Positions 27,601-40,563 of a stretch of DNA of 64,000 bases are shown piece by piece. The position numbers were made by a program, and so were the translations under genes. The notes beneath the pieces were generated by a model. The model worked only from the letters and a program-made list of their open reading frames with translations, searched no databases and was not told the DNA's origin. Each line of letters opens with the position of its first letter. Position 1 is the first letter of the stretch. This DNA comes from Octopus vulgaris (Eukaryota): the NCBI GenBank assembly GCA_951406725.2, contig OX597831.1, forward strand, positions 16,988,001-17,052,000, read 5' to 3'.

Positions 27601-28157
27601 AACGAAGCTACTCAAAGAAGATAGCCTCTGCGCAGCGTATAAGCTACTGGGAAAGACTCAAGAGATTGCAACTCTATTCCTAAGAGCGTAGACTAGTGAG
27701 ATATGCCATAATATACATCTGGAAGATCCTAGAAGGACTTGTCCCAAACTTTGGTATCGAGAGTTACACAAATGCCAGAACTAGGCGCCACTGCATAGTG
27801 CCAAGGACTCCAAATTTGCCATCAAGATGTTGGACAAGATACTGTGATAGCCTGTGCTTCCGAGGCCCACAGCTCTTCAATATCCTCCCGAAGAACCTAA
27901 GAGACCTGCATGGGGTGGATGCAGATGTCTTTAAAATGGAACTGGATCTCTTCTTGTCAGGTGTCCCTGATGAACCAACTTCACGGCAGGAGCTGCAGAT
28001 GATGGCATCTGCATCGAACTCTCTCATGCACAAGATGGCAATTGGTAAAAAGCATTCATGAAGTAAAATCATGTAGCAACAGCAAATGGCGGTGCCGCAG
28101 CACGGACACAGCTTGTGAGCTGAAACTAAATAAATAAAAAAATAACAAAATAAAAAT
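24680..28157 (+). mobile_element. CR1/Jockey-group LINE (ORF1 CCCH finger, APE endonuclease, RT), degenerate with internal deletion
   Basis: CKFYLK...GCRFAH; LLNIRGL, TETHL, MGDF, LDLCFTN, SDH (APE); NYRPISLTS, YLDFAKAFDKVDH, GVPQGTVL, YADDT (RT); A-rich tail at ~28128-28157. Lies in intron 4 of pseudogene B. Confidence 0.9.
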
Positions 28158-28852
28158 ATTATTTCACATTTAGTTAAGCATGAAAATGATTAAATTGTAT
28201 CTAACGTGAATGCGTCTATCGATTGAAAATATCAATAAGATTTTATAAGGCAATTAAAAATAAAATCTAATTGCTTGTTCATTCAATTAGGTTCAGTTAT
28301 TTTGTGATCGCATTGCAAATCCAGGAAAGAAGTTGGAATGAACTAAAGTAACGTCATGAAAATTAATGTAATATATACTGACAGTACTTTATTTGTTAAT
28401 CTGGCGAAGTTCTCGAAAAACCAATAAATGCATGCAGTAAAATTAGAAAACGAACTCAACACCATACTTTCTCTCTCTCTCTCTTCTAGCTGATGAGCAT
28501 GCTAAACAGCATGCTGCTTCTTCGCCCCATCTCGAGACATCACATATCCTAAAATTGGTTCTAATAACTCCGGGTGATTTTAAGAATATGAATAAATGTG
28601 TTTCGGTTTCATGCTTGCTATTGTTTCTTGCTTGTGCAACGCTTGCAATATTTAAATCTTAATTGAAAACATGGAGAAATTTGAGAAACCCTGCATGCGA
28701 TACATTTTCGTTGAAATATCCCTTTAATAAAACTATAATTTCACTGTGATATTGCTGTTGATTTTTAATTTTTATATCGATGGCAAGAATTGCCTACAAG
28801 GAAAGATTACAGCAGCAGGAAAATAATACTGTAATACACGTCTATGAACTGA

Positions 28853-29000
28853 TCTATTATATAAAATCCTTTCGGTCTGCCTGTGTGTGTGTCTTCTAGG
28901 ACCTCAGGCACCCCCCATCCGATTGCACTCAAATTTGATAAGTAGATACCGACGGTATCAGGGCGTGTATAAGTCTTGAAAAAATTACAAAAATCCATTC
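28853..29000 (+). mobile_element. Possible Helitron-type non-autonomous 5' end
   Basis: Begins a|TCTATTATATAAAA followed by GT-rich sequence and ccgattgcactcaaatttg, a common Helitron 5' layout; 3' end not identified. Confidence 0.35.
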
Positions 29001-29759
29001 AAGGTGAGAATGCGATCGATAAAGCCGTGGGAACGTGCATTTGTGAATTCGTTTTTCTTGGAATAGAAAAAAGTCTATCATTTTTTCTACTTTTGCTGGT
29101 GTCTCAAATTTAGGTTAAATCAGTGTTTCTCAAAGGGGAGGCCTATGGAAAGGTCGGACAAGATGTTTTGAGAAAGTTTGGTTTAAATATTTGACAACTC
29201 AGCACCGTCCATTGGACGGGGGGAGGAGTGCATTTTGCCCGCAATATATATGTTAAATTATATACAGAATATTGTTTCTATAGAGCTGCGTTGACCTAAG
29301 AGCAGATCTATATTAATACTAGTGCAGTAGAATAAAGTGTGCATGCAATAATTATTCATGTATACATCCATATGTCTACGCAGAGCTGCACAATCGTTTG
29401 TATCAAGTATTATTTATGTTATTTATAGCAGTTTTAAAGTTTACATGTATGAATACACACACACACACACATGCATAAACACATGTATGCATATATGTGT
29501 ATGTATATATATCGAGAGAAACATAACGCAGGACTATTGTGCCTTATTATCCGTTTCTTTTATGGAGTAATAGAAATCTGGTGTAAATAGCTGAAAATAA
29601 ATCTCATTGAAATCGCTTAACGCGCCGGCGTGTTTCTAGAATTTTCTGTTCATAGTAATTCCCAAATAATACTGTTAGTACATTATCTAAAATACTGATG
29701 CTGATATTTATATGTGAACCCACATACACATATATGCACACCTCTATACCAATAGACGA

Positions 29760-29795
<36 letters not shown>

Positions 29796-30153
29796 CGATA
29801 ATTATCGCTATGGACTCTGTGTGGGCAGTCATCTAAAAGTTTTTGTTCATCTGGATGCTGACATATGTTCCTTGTTTTTCCTGATGAGAAGGCGGCATAA
29901 TGCACCCCTTATTCCTTCGAAATTAGGAATATGCAGCCTTCGAAACATATGTCGAGAATAAAGGAATTTTGTTAAATCGTCGTTCAACTCCATTCTTTCA
30001 TTTGTTTGTATTAAAAAAAACACACATATTTCCACACGAAAGCACGTGATCTCTGCCCTTTGCATGTACTTCAACTGTGTTTTTCTGACGTGAATTTGGT
30101 ACCCAGGTATCGGTTAACCGAATTATCCATACTAAGATAATTCATGCAACTAC

Positions 30154-30241
<88 letters not shown>

Positions 30242-30297
30242 GAAATGAGGTAATCATTTCTTCTAATATATAATACCTGTACATTAACTCCAAACCT

Positions 30298-30401
<104 letters not shown>

Positions 30402-30430
30402 TACATGTATGTATGTATGTATGTATGTAT

Positions 30431-30752
30431 GTCTCGAGCAGATCTTCAGAGGCATCGACTGGCAAGGCAGTATCGACATCAATGGCGAGCTCCTCACCCA
30501 CCTCCGTTTCGCTGACGACATCGTACTCATCGCTGAAACCACGTATAACCTTCAGACCATGCTGACGGAGCTCGACATCAAAAGCCCTGCAGTAGGTCTC
30601 ATGATGAACCGCATGAAAACGAAGTTCCAACATGTGGAATGGTTATTGGCAGTGATGAAATATAGGAATTAAAGGAATATGTCTACCTGGGACAGGAAGT
30701 GAATATGTGCCGAGATACCGAAAAAGGGATCTCACGGACAGTAAGTGCCGCA
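30431..30752 (+). mobile_element. RTE LINE fragment (same family as 14520-15360)
   Basis: [35 protein letters not shown]. Confidence 0.85.
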
Positions 30753-31080
30753 TAGAATTTACCCAACATGGACCATTATGTTGATCCCACGTAAAATTGA
30801 TACGTTTAATCCGATTTCGTCACGCTTGCCAAATTTATCACTTATGTTCCACAGATTGTTTTACACTCTTTAGATATTTTTACTGATGGCGTAATATGGA
30901 GTAATGTGGCTTCTAGTGTCAGAGGTCTGGAAAAATCTTGTACTTTGCGAAGTAAGAGTCAGAACTTGATAGTCTCCCTTACACAGCAATCATAAAAATG
31001 TTTCATCCCGGCAACAAGATGCTCTGCAAAAATATCCATGCATACATCAAAGACAGGAACTATGTCAGCCTACGTACAAA

Positions 31081-31210
31081 GACGATACAATCGGACGCAT
31101 CAACACAGTTCACATCCTGATCTCCGAACGTATCCATCTGCGGCACTTAGTTCATGCCATTAAGGGACCAACCTCTTTCGACGGCCTACGTGCATTGGAC
31201 GGCCACGTTT
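31081..31210 (+). mobile_element. Helitron Rep/helicase fragment
   Basis: Translates DDTIGRINTVHILISERIHLRHLVHAIKGPTSFDGLRALDGHV, matching the Helitron IGR...ERYxLRxLL...GPTSFxxLRxxDG motif. Confidence 0.75.
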
Positions 31211-31312
31211 CGAATTAAATGTTTTAATTACTGCCAGTGAGGAATAAAATTAATTTATACATACATAAAAGACACAAATTTGTGTGTGTGTGTTTGTTTG
31301 TTTACATGACGT

Positions 31313-31365
<53 letters not shown>

Positions 31366-31764
31366 GTGTGTGTGTGTGTGTGTGAGTGTGTGCGTGCGTG
31401 CGTGCGTGCAATTGTTTATGGGACTTTGTGTGTTTTCTCATAATACGTACAGGATTTTCTAATTTGCAGAGAAGGGAACACTTACTGGAGATATGATGAC
31501 CGAGGAGCAATCCCTCGTGGCAGAATATGAGTAGTAATTTCTTTGATCCCACTGAATCTGTCACATTTTCCCCGCTATTTCTAGCGTAATAAAATGATAT
31601 ACTTTGCCAGAAAAAAATATAACAATATGTCTCGTGAGGAAGAAGTAGTCGTTTAAATATATTTTATAGGTTATGAAAATTACATAAATATAATACATGA
31701 ATTTGTCACGTAATAAAATGGAAAAGTCACTTATGTTCGGTGACTAATAACTCCCTGCCACTGT

Positions 31765-31868
31765 CACGGCTTTTCTACAAATACAGTATACAGAATATAT
31801 CTTCATTCATTTCTCCATCGAGTGAATGTTTCACTTCTTAACTACGTTGTTATTTTATGTAAGTAGAT
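31765..31868 (+). promoter_or_regulatory. Putative core promoter and non-coding exon 1 of paralog C
   Basis: Block cggcttttct...ttcattcatttctccatc...ttcacttcttaac...|gtaagt (donor 31859) is conserved in D (46981-47080) and E (60731-60840). The TATA position is degenerate in C (tacaaata). Confidence 0.5.
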
Positions 31869-32844
31869 ATAATTTCGTCACGTTCTTTGAACACTTACTG
31901 CACTAACACATGCAAACACAAAGATATACGCTCTCACATACACAAACCCATATACCCATGCACACTTATATACATATAGGCACACATGTATGTATACACA
32001 AATATCTCGTTTTGGCAACTAACTCGCCTTCGATTTGCTGTTCTTTTCCTGTGCCTTTCTCTTTGTTTCTTCTATTGGAAACATTACACACTCATATATG
32101 TTCATATGAGCATGTTCTTATATTCTTACAACATACGTTCAATCTTTCAGGGATCTCTATAGGTACTCATGCGTGCATAACTTATTTCTGATCACTATAT
32201 TGAATTCATGTAATATTATTTCCATCATCTGTTCTTCTTCATGTACAAAAATAAACATGGTTGTAAGTCATAGAATTGACAAAGTGTAGTTTTCTTAACT
32301 CTTGAACTCTACTTCTCGTTGCACCAGCTGCTGTTTAATCTTCCGTTGTCTTCCCTATAATTAAGAAATATTACAGTCTTCTAAAATATTACTGGTAGTC
32401 TTAAATTATTATTCAATGAGATATTTATTTAGTCCCGTTTAAGCAACATTTATACAGTGGTAGAAATTTGCCCCTAAGAATTCCTCTGTATGTCTTTCAC
32501 ATATTTCATCTGGCATATTTCATTGATGTGTATTATTTCAGCCGAGTGAGTAACATTCCCTGTTCCGGACCAGTGAATTGAGGAGCGAAACATCGCAGCA
32601 AAGCATCTACTTACCTATCTGCAAACACAAAATTACCTCAGGAATCCTGCGACAAGCGTTCCTGGAAGGTATTCAAAACTTTGGCAATCTGCGATAAATT
32701 TTTGGCACTAAATCCCGTGTAACATACTGCTGAATATACTCATACATCTGTGTTTCGAACCAACACAAGTGACCAACAACACGGGGCAAATAAATCATAT
32801 TAGTTCTACTGACTTGACGCAAGATTTTATACAGAAAATATTTT

Positions 32845-33002
32845 AGATTATTTACATTGTTTACAAATGACGGATATTTGTCCACTTCTTGTTTGTTGTT
32901 AGGAGAATGTTTCGGCTGATATACCACCCAGCCTTCGTCTTGGGGAAATTTCGAACCTGGGCTTTGATTCCTAAGGTATATTTCGATGTTGTTGTTGCTG
33001 TG

Positions 33003-33071
<69 letters not shown>

Positions 33072-33265
33072 ATCATGCTTATTATTATTCAGGTCTCTGC
33101 CAGGAATTGAACTTCGAATCTTGGTGTTAGAAGCACACGCTCTTAACCACTACGCCATATGCCAAATAGCATATGACGTTGTGGTTCAAAGCGCGGGCTA
33201 CTAGCACCAAGGTTCCGAGTTCGATTTCAGGCAGGGACCTGAATAATAATAATCATGATTATAAT

Positions 33266-33355
<90 letters not shown>

Positions 33356-33639
33356 AAGAAGAAGAAGAAAAAGAAAAATAAAAAAAGAGGAAGAAGAAGA
33401 AGAAGAAGAAGAAGAAGAAGAAGAAGAAGAAGAAGAACAACAACAACAACAACAACAACAACATCGAAAAATACATTAGGAATGAGAACCCAGGTTCGAA
33501 ATTTCCCCAAGACACCTGATGAAGGCTGGGTGGTATATCAGCCGAAACATAGTGCTAACAACAAGCAAAAGTGGACAAATATCCGTCAATTGTAAACAAT
33601 GTAATTAACGTACATAATTCCTCATCTCTTAAATATAGA
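32845..33639. mobile_element. Head-to-head inverted tRNA-derived SINE with microsatellite middle and hammerhead-bearing tail, with TSD
   Basis: Symmetry centre 33164-33167. Both arms have A box (TGGCGTAGTGG / TGACGTTGTGG) and B box (GTTCAATTC / GTTCGATTT), then (AAT)n and a shared tail. TSD acagaaaatatttt (32831-32844) / acaggaaaatatttt (33640-33654); single-copy empty site in paralog D at ~48235-48248. Confidence 0.85.
33511..33556 (+). ncRNA. Minimal hammerhead ribozyme motif in SINE tail
   Basis: gacac-CTGATGA-a-ggctg(ggtggtatat)cagcc-GAAAC-ata-gtgct. Core and stem II are intact; stems I and III are degenerate. The left-arm copy has lost 7 nt spanning the core. Confidence 0.65.
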
Positions 33640-34195
33640 ACAGGAAAATATTTTGCTACTGAACAATTGAGGAATGAGTGGGCGAACACGCAGTGATGAG
33701 AGCAGAATAGAAATTGTAGAAAGTCAGAATGGACATTTAGGAATAAGCGATTAGAATGCTCGCACTCATAATGGAGGGAAAATTCCAGAAAGTAACAACA
33801 CCATACAACTGTAACAATAATATTATATACATAAACTCATAACAATTTGAAGTTCACAACAACAATTGCAACAAGATTAGAAATTATAATACACAATGCT
33901 ACAGGTTTCGATCTCATTCCTCTCCTCAAAGATTCCAAACACGGCACTCCCAATTCAAATTAAAATCATATTTAGAATATTTGAAGTTTTCAATGTATTT
34001 TTCTATGTAAGATTTTCCATATTAGAAATATTTTATAAAAATGCATTTGAATAGTGTACCTGAATATTTGTTTCAACATTTAAGACAATAGTAATAAAAT
34101 TTGTTTGTATTCAATTCAAAGGAGTCACGCCATTAAGAATTTCGAACGACTCTAGGATATTTCAATTGGAACTGAGAATGACTCGTGTAACAACG

Positions 34196-37100
34196 ATGAA
34201 ATATTGTTTATGTATTCTTCTCTTTGTTCGTAAGTAACGTGAAATGTCATTCATAAATTATTTTATGCACAATATATGATTCCGTTCTCTTCTTTCTCTC
34301 AATATAAGTGTGTAATTATATATAATTATAAATATATATGTGTTTGTATGTGTTATTGTGTGTGGGAGTATGTCTGTGCATGTATATGTGTGTGTGTGTA
34401 TGTGTGTATTTGTGTGGTTGGGCGAGTGTGTATATTTGTATATCACAAATACTATCGTCATCTCCGCCTAAGCGAAGACGGAGTTGTCTTGGCGGGATTT
34501 GCGCTCTCTAAGTGCTTTTGTTCATATTTTAATGAATAATCTGGGAAGAGAAGTTATAAAAGTTGTCATTTATTTCTTCTTTTTCTTTTGTAGATCATAA
34601 ACGTTTCGGTCTCTCTTTGCTAGTTTTTTTTTGTATAATGAAAAAATGCAATTTTCAAACTAATTTTGTGGCACTAAAAAAATTGCAAATTCAACCCAAA
34701 ACGAACTTTAAATAGAATCATCCTTCAAAGTTATAACCCTAGGCGAATGTATGGCTATGTTTTCAAAAAACTTCCTCTGCATTAACATGGTGGAAGATTG
34801 GGAAACACTACGTCGTATCGTGGTTCAGTTCCCTCTATTACATCAAGAGACCGGTGAATAAAATTGGAGATAGTGGAAAATGAAACAAACCTATTTTACA
34901 CATATGTATCTGTGTGCCTTTCCCATAGTACAGATTCAGCGACCAGCTTACATATTGTCTGCTGGTTCATTGGAAGCACCATAATTTAGTGTTTCTGAAA
35001 TATAGACACATCACATGAGTGCCATGTAGGAATGTATTTGTTGTGCTATACCCACAAATCCAATACCAAAGTAACGACGATTCTCCAATGAGTGAAATAA
35101 ATACAACGATAAAAAATATGTCCAGAGAATAAATTATAACATCTTTAATTTACAGATGTTGCAGTATCAGAATTACGTGAATATTGCTACGAATTGGGAA
35201 AGAAATATTGCTATAATGGTATGAGATGGTATCCTATACCAACTCATAAAAACGACACATACTATTGCAAGTATGTTCGATTCTTTATAAAGAAAATTTT
35301 TCACATTTTTAAAAATTGAATTTATAAATGTATATATTTATCCTGATCGAAAAATGCATTGTAAATAAACAACGAGGGATAAAGGACGTCTGCTGTACTG
35401 AGCGTAAAACCAATGGGAGGGAGACAATTAAGGTCCCTAATTCATCATCAGTTATGAACCAAAACACAGCGAAGTATTCACTCTCATCGTTAATGTAGCG
35501 AAACTGAGAAATAACGCTTTGGTCGGTAACTGATGACGAATTAGGGGCGCTCTGTTCGTATCCTCCGTCCGGATGTACACTCAGTGCAAGTATATGTTAC
35601 TATGCGTCGTTTATTTGCAATGCGTTTTTCCATCTATTTAATGACGATGCGCAAAGAAATAACGAGTTTTATTAGAAGTAAGATTATATATATATTCATA
35701 TCTACCTGCTATTTATGTATTTAAGGCAAGGAGCTGAGTGAATCTTTAGCACACTTGGCAAAAAAGCTTATCATTTCGTCCGTCTTCACAATCGTAGAGC
35801 ACATTCTGTCGACTGCGACTTTGTCTTTTATCTTCTCTGGGTCAAAATAATAATTACCACCTGAACACTGATGTGGATGTAATCAACTCTCAATCAACAT
35901 ATTCCAAACTATTTAATGATCCATTCAATCTTAGATCCACTTCTAGCGATAATTTGTTTACAGAGTTTTAGTCCAGACTGTTGAAACCAAAAGAAGCCAG
36001 GCAAGGATTTTGTTTACGACAACAAATTTTCATCTCACCTGTATTCGAATACAGCAATTAGCGGGTAGGAACATTTAACCCGATTAAAAATTACAGACCT
36101 GCAAATTCTTCTGTAAACATATCGATGTAATATAAATAATAGCTTAATGTATTGGCTCAAGGTCAGGAATTCCTATGCTACCAAATCTCACCGATTACAT
36201 TGACGACGGGACATGAACTGAAAGAGCAGATATCATGTTGATCTTCACATCCTTGAACCTCTGAAAGTAGAAAGCCAGACGAAATATTACTATGCAAATA
36301 TTTCCAAAGCTCGAATAATCCTACAAGTACATCACCATTAGATAAATATGACAAATATTTCCTCTTACTTGAGGCACGACGCCTAAAGCTTGGGGGGGGG
36401 GCTAATGGATTATATCGACTGAGTGTTCAAATGATAATTTTGTTTCGACTTCGGATGGATGAAATATACAGTTTAACTCAGGACGTAAAACGACGAAAAG
36501 GCTGCTGAGCATTTTGTCCAGCGTGCAAACAATTGTACCAGCACGTGACCTTCAATTTGAAGTTATTGAATTAACACCATGGGATTGAATAAATAATCCG
36601 TAAGTAAACCATGCACAATGATACCAACTATATTAGAATATGTCATATCAAATGTATGACTTCGATATCGTGTTATTAAAAGTAAATAACTGCTATTTTA
36701 CATTAGATACGTTAAACAATATGCATAGAATATTATTCCATGGCATATATTATAATTTTATTGCCAAATTTATTTTTTCTCTTAGTCGAATAAATATGTT
36801 CCATAGCTGTTTTAAAGGAAAGTTCGAGGAGTGCACTAACTTATTCGACAACATATTTTACAAGGAAAAATGTGGTAAGATATTTTCATTACATATTGTA
36901 GTATTACAAGAAATAATGTTTCAAAGGATCAAACACATACAATCGTTATTTTGCACTTAATTTTATTACCTAATATTCCCGTGAACAACTATTTTTATTG
37001 AATGGAACTACTATCGGCAATAAAATGGGTTTTTTTAATGTTATACTTATCAGTTAACAATTCTCGTTCCCTTAAGCATAATTATAATCACTGTCTATAT

Positions 37101-37483
37101 TGCTAGTATGTATGAATATTGTATGTGATTGTAGGTATTTATAATGTTATGAGCAATAAAATATAAATTTGTTAAATTGAATCAATGGTTAAATAGTAAC
37201 TTTTGTTAATTTGCAAATCCATAGTAGTTGAGAATGTACCCAATTGAGGACAGGGAACTTAAAATAATAAATACTTACATTTCTTTCTTTTTACATGACG
37301 GTTTTATTAACAGTCGTTGGAAAGCCCATAAATATAAACCAAAAAATAAAACAAAGTAAATATGCACCGTATTTTCTGTTTATTCTAGGTGATGTAATGG
37401 CTAAACAGAATGCTCCTCCTTCCTTCCGCCTTCAGTCAACATGGCTCCTATCGTTGTTTCTAATAATATCGGTATTGCTGTGA
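34196..37483 (+). CDS. Paralog C (intact): 110-aa small Cys-rich protein with signal peptide and GPI-like tail; coding exons 34196-34229, 35156-35270, 36786-36874, 37389-37483
   Basis: All introns are GT..AG with compatible phases (1,2,1); 34+115+89+95=333 nt with no internal stop. Translation: MKYCLCILLFVHVAVSELREYCYELGKKYCYNGMRWYPIPTHKNDTYYCNRINMFHSCFKGKFEECTNLFDNIFYKEKCGDVMAKQNAPPSFRLQSTWLLSLFLIISVLL*. AATAAA at 37535-37540. An in-frame upstream ATG at 34178 would add MTRVTT. Exon phases are conserved in the other copies. Confidence 0.88.
35349..35630. mobile_element. MITE-like imperfect fold-back element in intron 3 of C
   Basis: aaaaatgcattgtaaataaac ... gtttatttgcaatgcgttttt and inner ccctaattcatcatcagtta ... 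taactgatgacgaattaggg; partly deleted homolog at ~50748-50920. Confidence 0.65.
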
Positions 37484-38344
37484 TGGAATGACGCCCCAGC
37501 TTATGCTTATGTATTTCGCGTAAGAATATTCACAAATAAAAACTGATTTCAAATTCTGTATAGTTTGTTGCTTGTACATCGTAACAATTACTTAAATTGC
37601 AGTTGAAATGTGGAGGAATCTGAGAAACACATGTTCTAAATTATCCTTCAATAACTTTACACAAAAATTATAATTTCAGAGTAATATTGATGTAACGTCA
37701 TACTATCAGAATGATATTTATATAACCGGCACGGACATTTAGTCCGAAACACAGGCTAAATTAACAATGAAGTAATATTCTGACGTACGTCTAAGAATTA
37801 AAACTATATTTATAAGGATTCACCATGATGCATCGCTAGCCATTACATATTCTATATTTTCTCCCCTTGTTTCTTTCTGCGGAAGAGCGTAGGCTCGAAC
37901 AGTTAAAGACTTCTTCACTTCCCGAGCGCTAAACTAATAAAACTATTTGTTGTCTACACCATCTGTCGTTGTCTGTTGTCTTTTGTAATCCTCCCCTATA
38001 CATTATATATATATATATATATATAGATTGTTGCATTAACCCACCAAAAGTTCTATAATTACACTGTTGTAGTTGTATAATATATATATGCAATATATAT
38101 TCATGTTGAAATATATACACTTAAATCTGTACACTCATTCATGGAAATATATCTATGAGGTATTATTTGTTTTATTTTAAGTAGTTTTTCGGATGTTGAA
38201 GTGAGATAAACATTAACTAAAAATATTTCAATGCTCATAAACTTCAATTAGCGCTTTCATACGTTCATAGAAATCAGCAGATTCTAGATGCATTTCATTG
38301 ACAGCTGACCTCCTGACAACTGTAGTGAAATGACTGACTTCTTC

Positions 38345-38960
38345 CAGTGGCTGTCACAACTGCCCAAACAATAATGGACTCTGGAATTTGATGTAGTTGT
38401 TCGAGTTTAACTTTAAAAGAACAACATACATTCGAAAATCGGTCCTTCTGTTAGTTCACTGTGTTCTATGTCAAATTCCTTTCCATCAGTAAATACTATG
38501 CTGCACTGCGTGCCTTCAGCGATCTCATCCAGGATAAGGGGACTTTTCACAAGTTCCATGGATTCATAAACTTGCGTTGGCTGTTATCGGCGGATCATCA
38601 TGTTGGGAGGAGGTATGAGATACTCGACTGCAGCAATCAATGTATCAACGGTCGTTTTATTTGTATGTCGTCAATGAAATTTCTGAAGGGATTACGATGA
38701 TTTCGCCGTATAGTTTCTCTTGTACGTTTGATAAATTGAGCGTTTTGGGCTCAAATATTAAGCCCTGTCCTGGTCGATCAGTGGTGAGAACCAATCTCTT
38801 GGAATTTTTTGACAATGTTCCAGACTCTTGTTAGATAAATGGTAACTTTCTTTGCTATAGCTGTATTGCGTTCACCTTCTTTGTGAAGGGTTATAATTGT
38901 ACCTCGAGCTAATGGCATGATCCAACTGAGAAATCTGAGCTTCTTTCGTCTGCCTGAAAA
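38345..38960 (-). mobile_element. Tc1-like transposase remnant
   Basis: Minus strand near 38770-38910 reads RGTIITLHKEGERNTAIAKKV...VWNIVKKFQE, then a frameshifted DRPGQG (HTH plus GRPR-like linker). Confidence 0.6.
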
Positions 38961-39839
38961 AATTCACAATCAGTTTTTATAATGATGTATAGTTATCTTA
39001 TCACATATATTAATACGAGTCACGCTTTACACTTATTTGTAAATTAATGTATATGCATGTGTGGAGCTATTCACATCTGCCATTTGCATGATAGCTACAA
39101 AGGAGATGTTTAAATAAATATTTATTTTTCTTGAAGTTCTAACCCAAATCAACGTTGGTCAAATCTGTGATTAATCCGGTCAAATGTAATAGACCCTATA
39201 TATCTGTGTTGTTCTATTACAGTGCCTGTGTTATATTATCATTATCTCATACATGTAAATTTATTATAACATCCACACAAAGTTATTTTTGCGGAAATTG
39301 TGCCACTAGAATAGTATCCTAAATGTTGATATTAAAATACAGAAATGTTACTGAATAAACATTTTCTCAATTCATTTGAAATGCATTTACTTCAACACAG
39401 ATGTTGTTACTACATAAATCCCAGTGTTTGTGTGTGTACAGGGCAGGAAAATTGATAACCAGGATGTTTACTTTGTAAATCTTCTGAATTTGAATTCATT
39501 GTGAAATATAAAATCAACAGGAAATAAAACCAATAATGGGCTTGTTTAATCAATTGTTTTTTTTTAAATAAAAAAAAAAACGCCTTACACAAATATATGT
39601 GAACTTGAGAATCGCAGAATTTATACATCAAAATATGGAATCATGGTAGCGGGATATGTCCTATGCCGATAGCGTTTTTTGTTGGGAAGATATATATCGA
39701 AAGCTGCTTGAATGTATACAAAAATCATTCTGTATACCATAGCACCTATAATAATATTAGGGAGAAGCTTGGGAGCAGAAGGACAGAAAAGTGGCTTCCA
39801 CAGAAAAGAGATCAATCGACGCCAATCAACTATATATAC

Positions 39840-39920
<81 letters not shown>

Positions 39921-40374
39921 GGTGAAAACAGATTAGAGATCTATACAAATCAAACTTACAAAGATCTAATTTATGAGAGAATTTACTAAAAAGAACAATT
40001 TATGAAGGAATTTACTAACACTGTTTTCAAAAATTATATAAAGGAAATAATACAGTTTCAAAGGTATCTGATCTCATCTAACATCTTTAAAAATTCATTA
40101 AAAAAAACATCAACTAAAAGCAGTATATCATCTAACTGTGTCTGAAGATATTTTGTTGACCCATAGACTAAAGGTAAAGTAACATTACCTGAAAATTCTA
40201 TAAATTATTACTGATATTTGGTAAGATGAGATACATTGAGACCGCTGATATTTACTTTGTATTGTTTGATAAGGAAAAGATAAACAAAATCATCATATTA
40301 ACATCGCGAAACACAACAATATCTGTTTTAACACGCGTCTTCATATCAAGAAACTTGGAACACAAATTCCTAAA

Positions 40375-40427
<53 letters not shown>

Positions 40428-40488
40428 ACCTGTGTGTGTGCACGTTTGCCTGTGTATGTCTATGTATGTATGTATGTATGTATGTATG

Positions 40489-40563
<75 letters not shown>

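Larger units (their letters stand above)
17194..28662 (+). pseudogene. Paralog B, pseudogene: exon 2 17194-17227, degraded exon 3 ending 17669, exon 4 24435-24522, last exon from 28490
   Basis: Exon 2 is MKYCRVILHLV followed by gtaagt. The exon 3 remnant ends ...NALYC-AA with a broken donor (gctatg). Exon 4 is 88 nt (1-nt deletion), its acceptor is AG>GG, and it reads RIND/RACFYEKFKNCSAHFEYIFRKTKY (last Cys>Tyr). The last exon DEHAKQHAASSPHLETSHILKLVLIT has lost its normal stop by deletion. Confidence 0.78.

Noticed and set aside
33090-33245. Genuine tRNA genes (also 48461-48535)
   Set aside because: A/B boxes are present, but acceptor stems do not pair and the heads run into repeat bodies, so they are SINE heads.
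35156-36874. Ly6/uPAR (three-finger) assignment for the GPI-like gene family
   Set aside because: Only six core Cys and no terminal CCxxxxCN motif; the spacing does not fit.
36640-36960. 106-aa single-exon ORF (likewise 37295-37483)
   Set aside because: Only the internal AG..GT-bounded part is conserved in frame among paralogs; the rest is intron read-through.
35270-37389. Direct splicing of exon 3 to the last exon (giving ...YYCK*)
   Set aside because: The intervening 89-nt exon with matching phases is present in four paralogs (88 nt in pseudogene B) and restores the frame into the hydrophobic tail.
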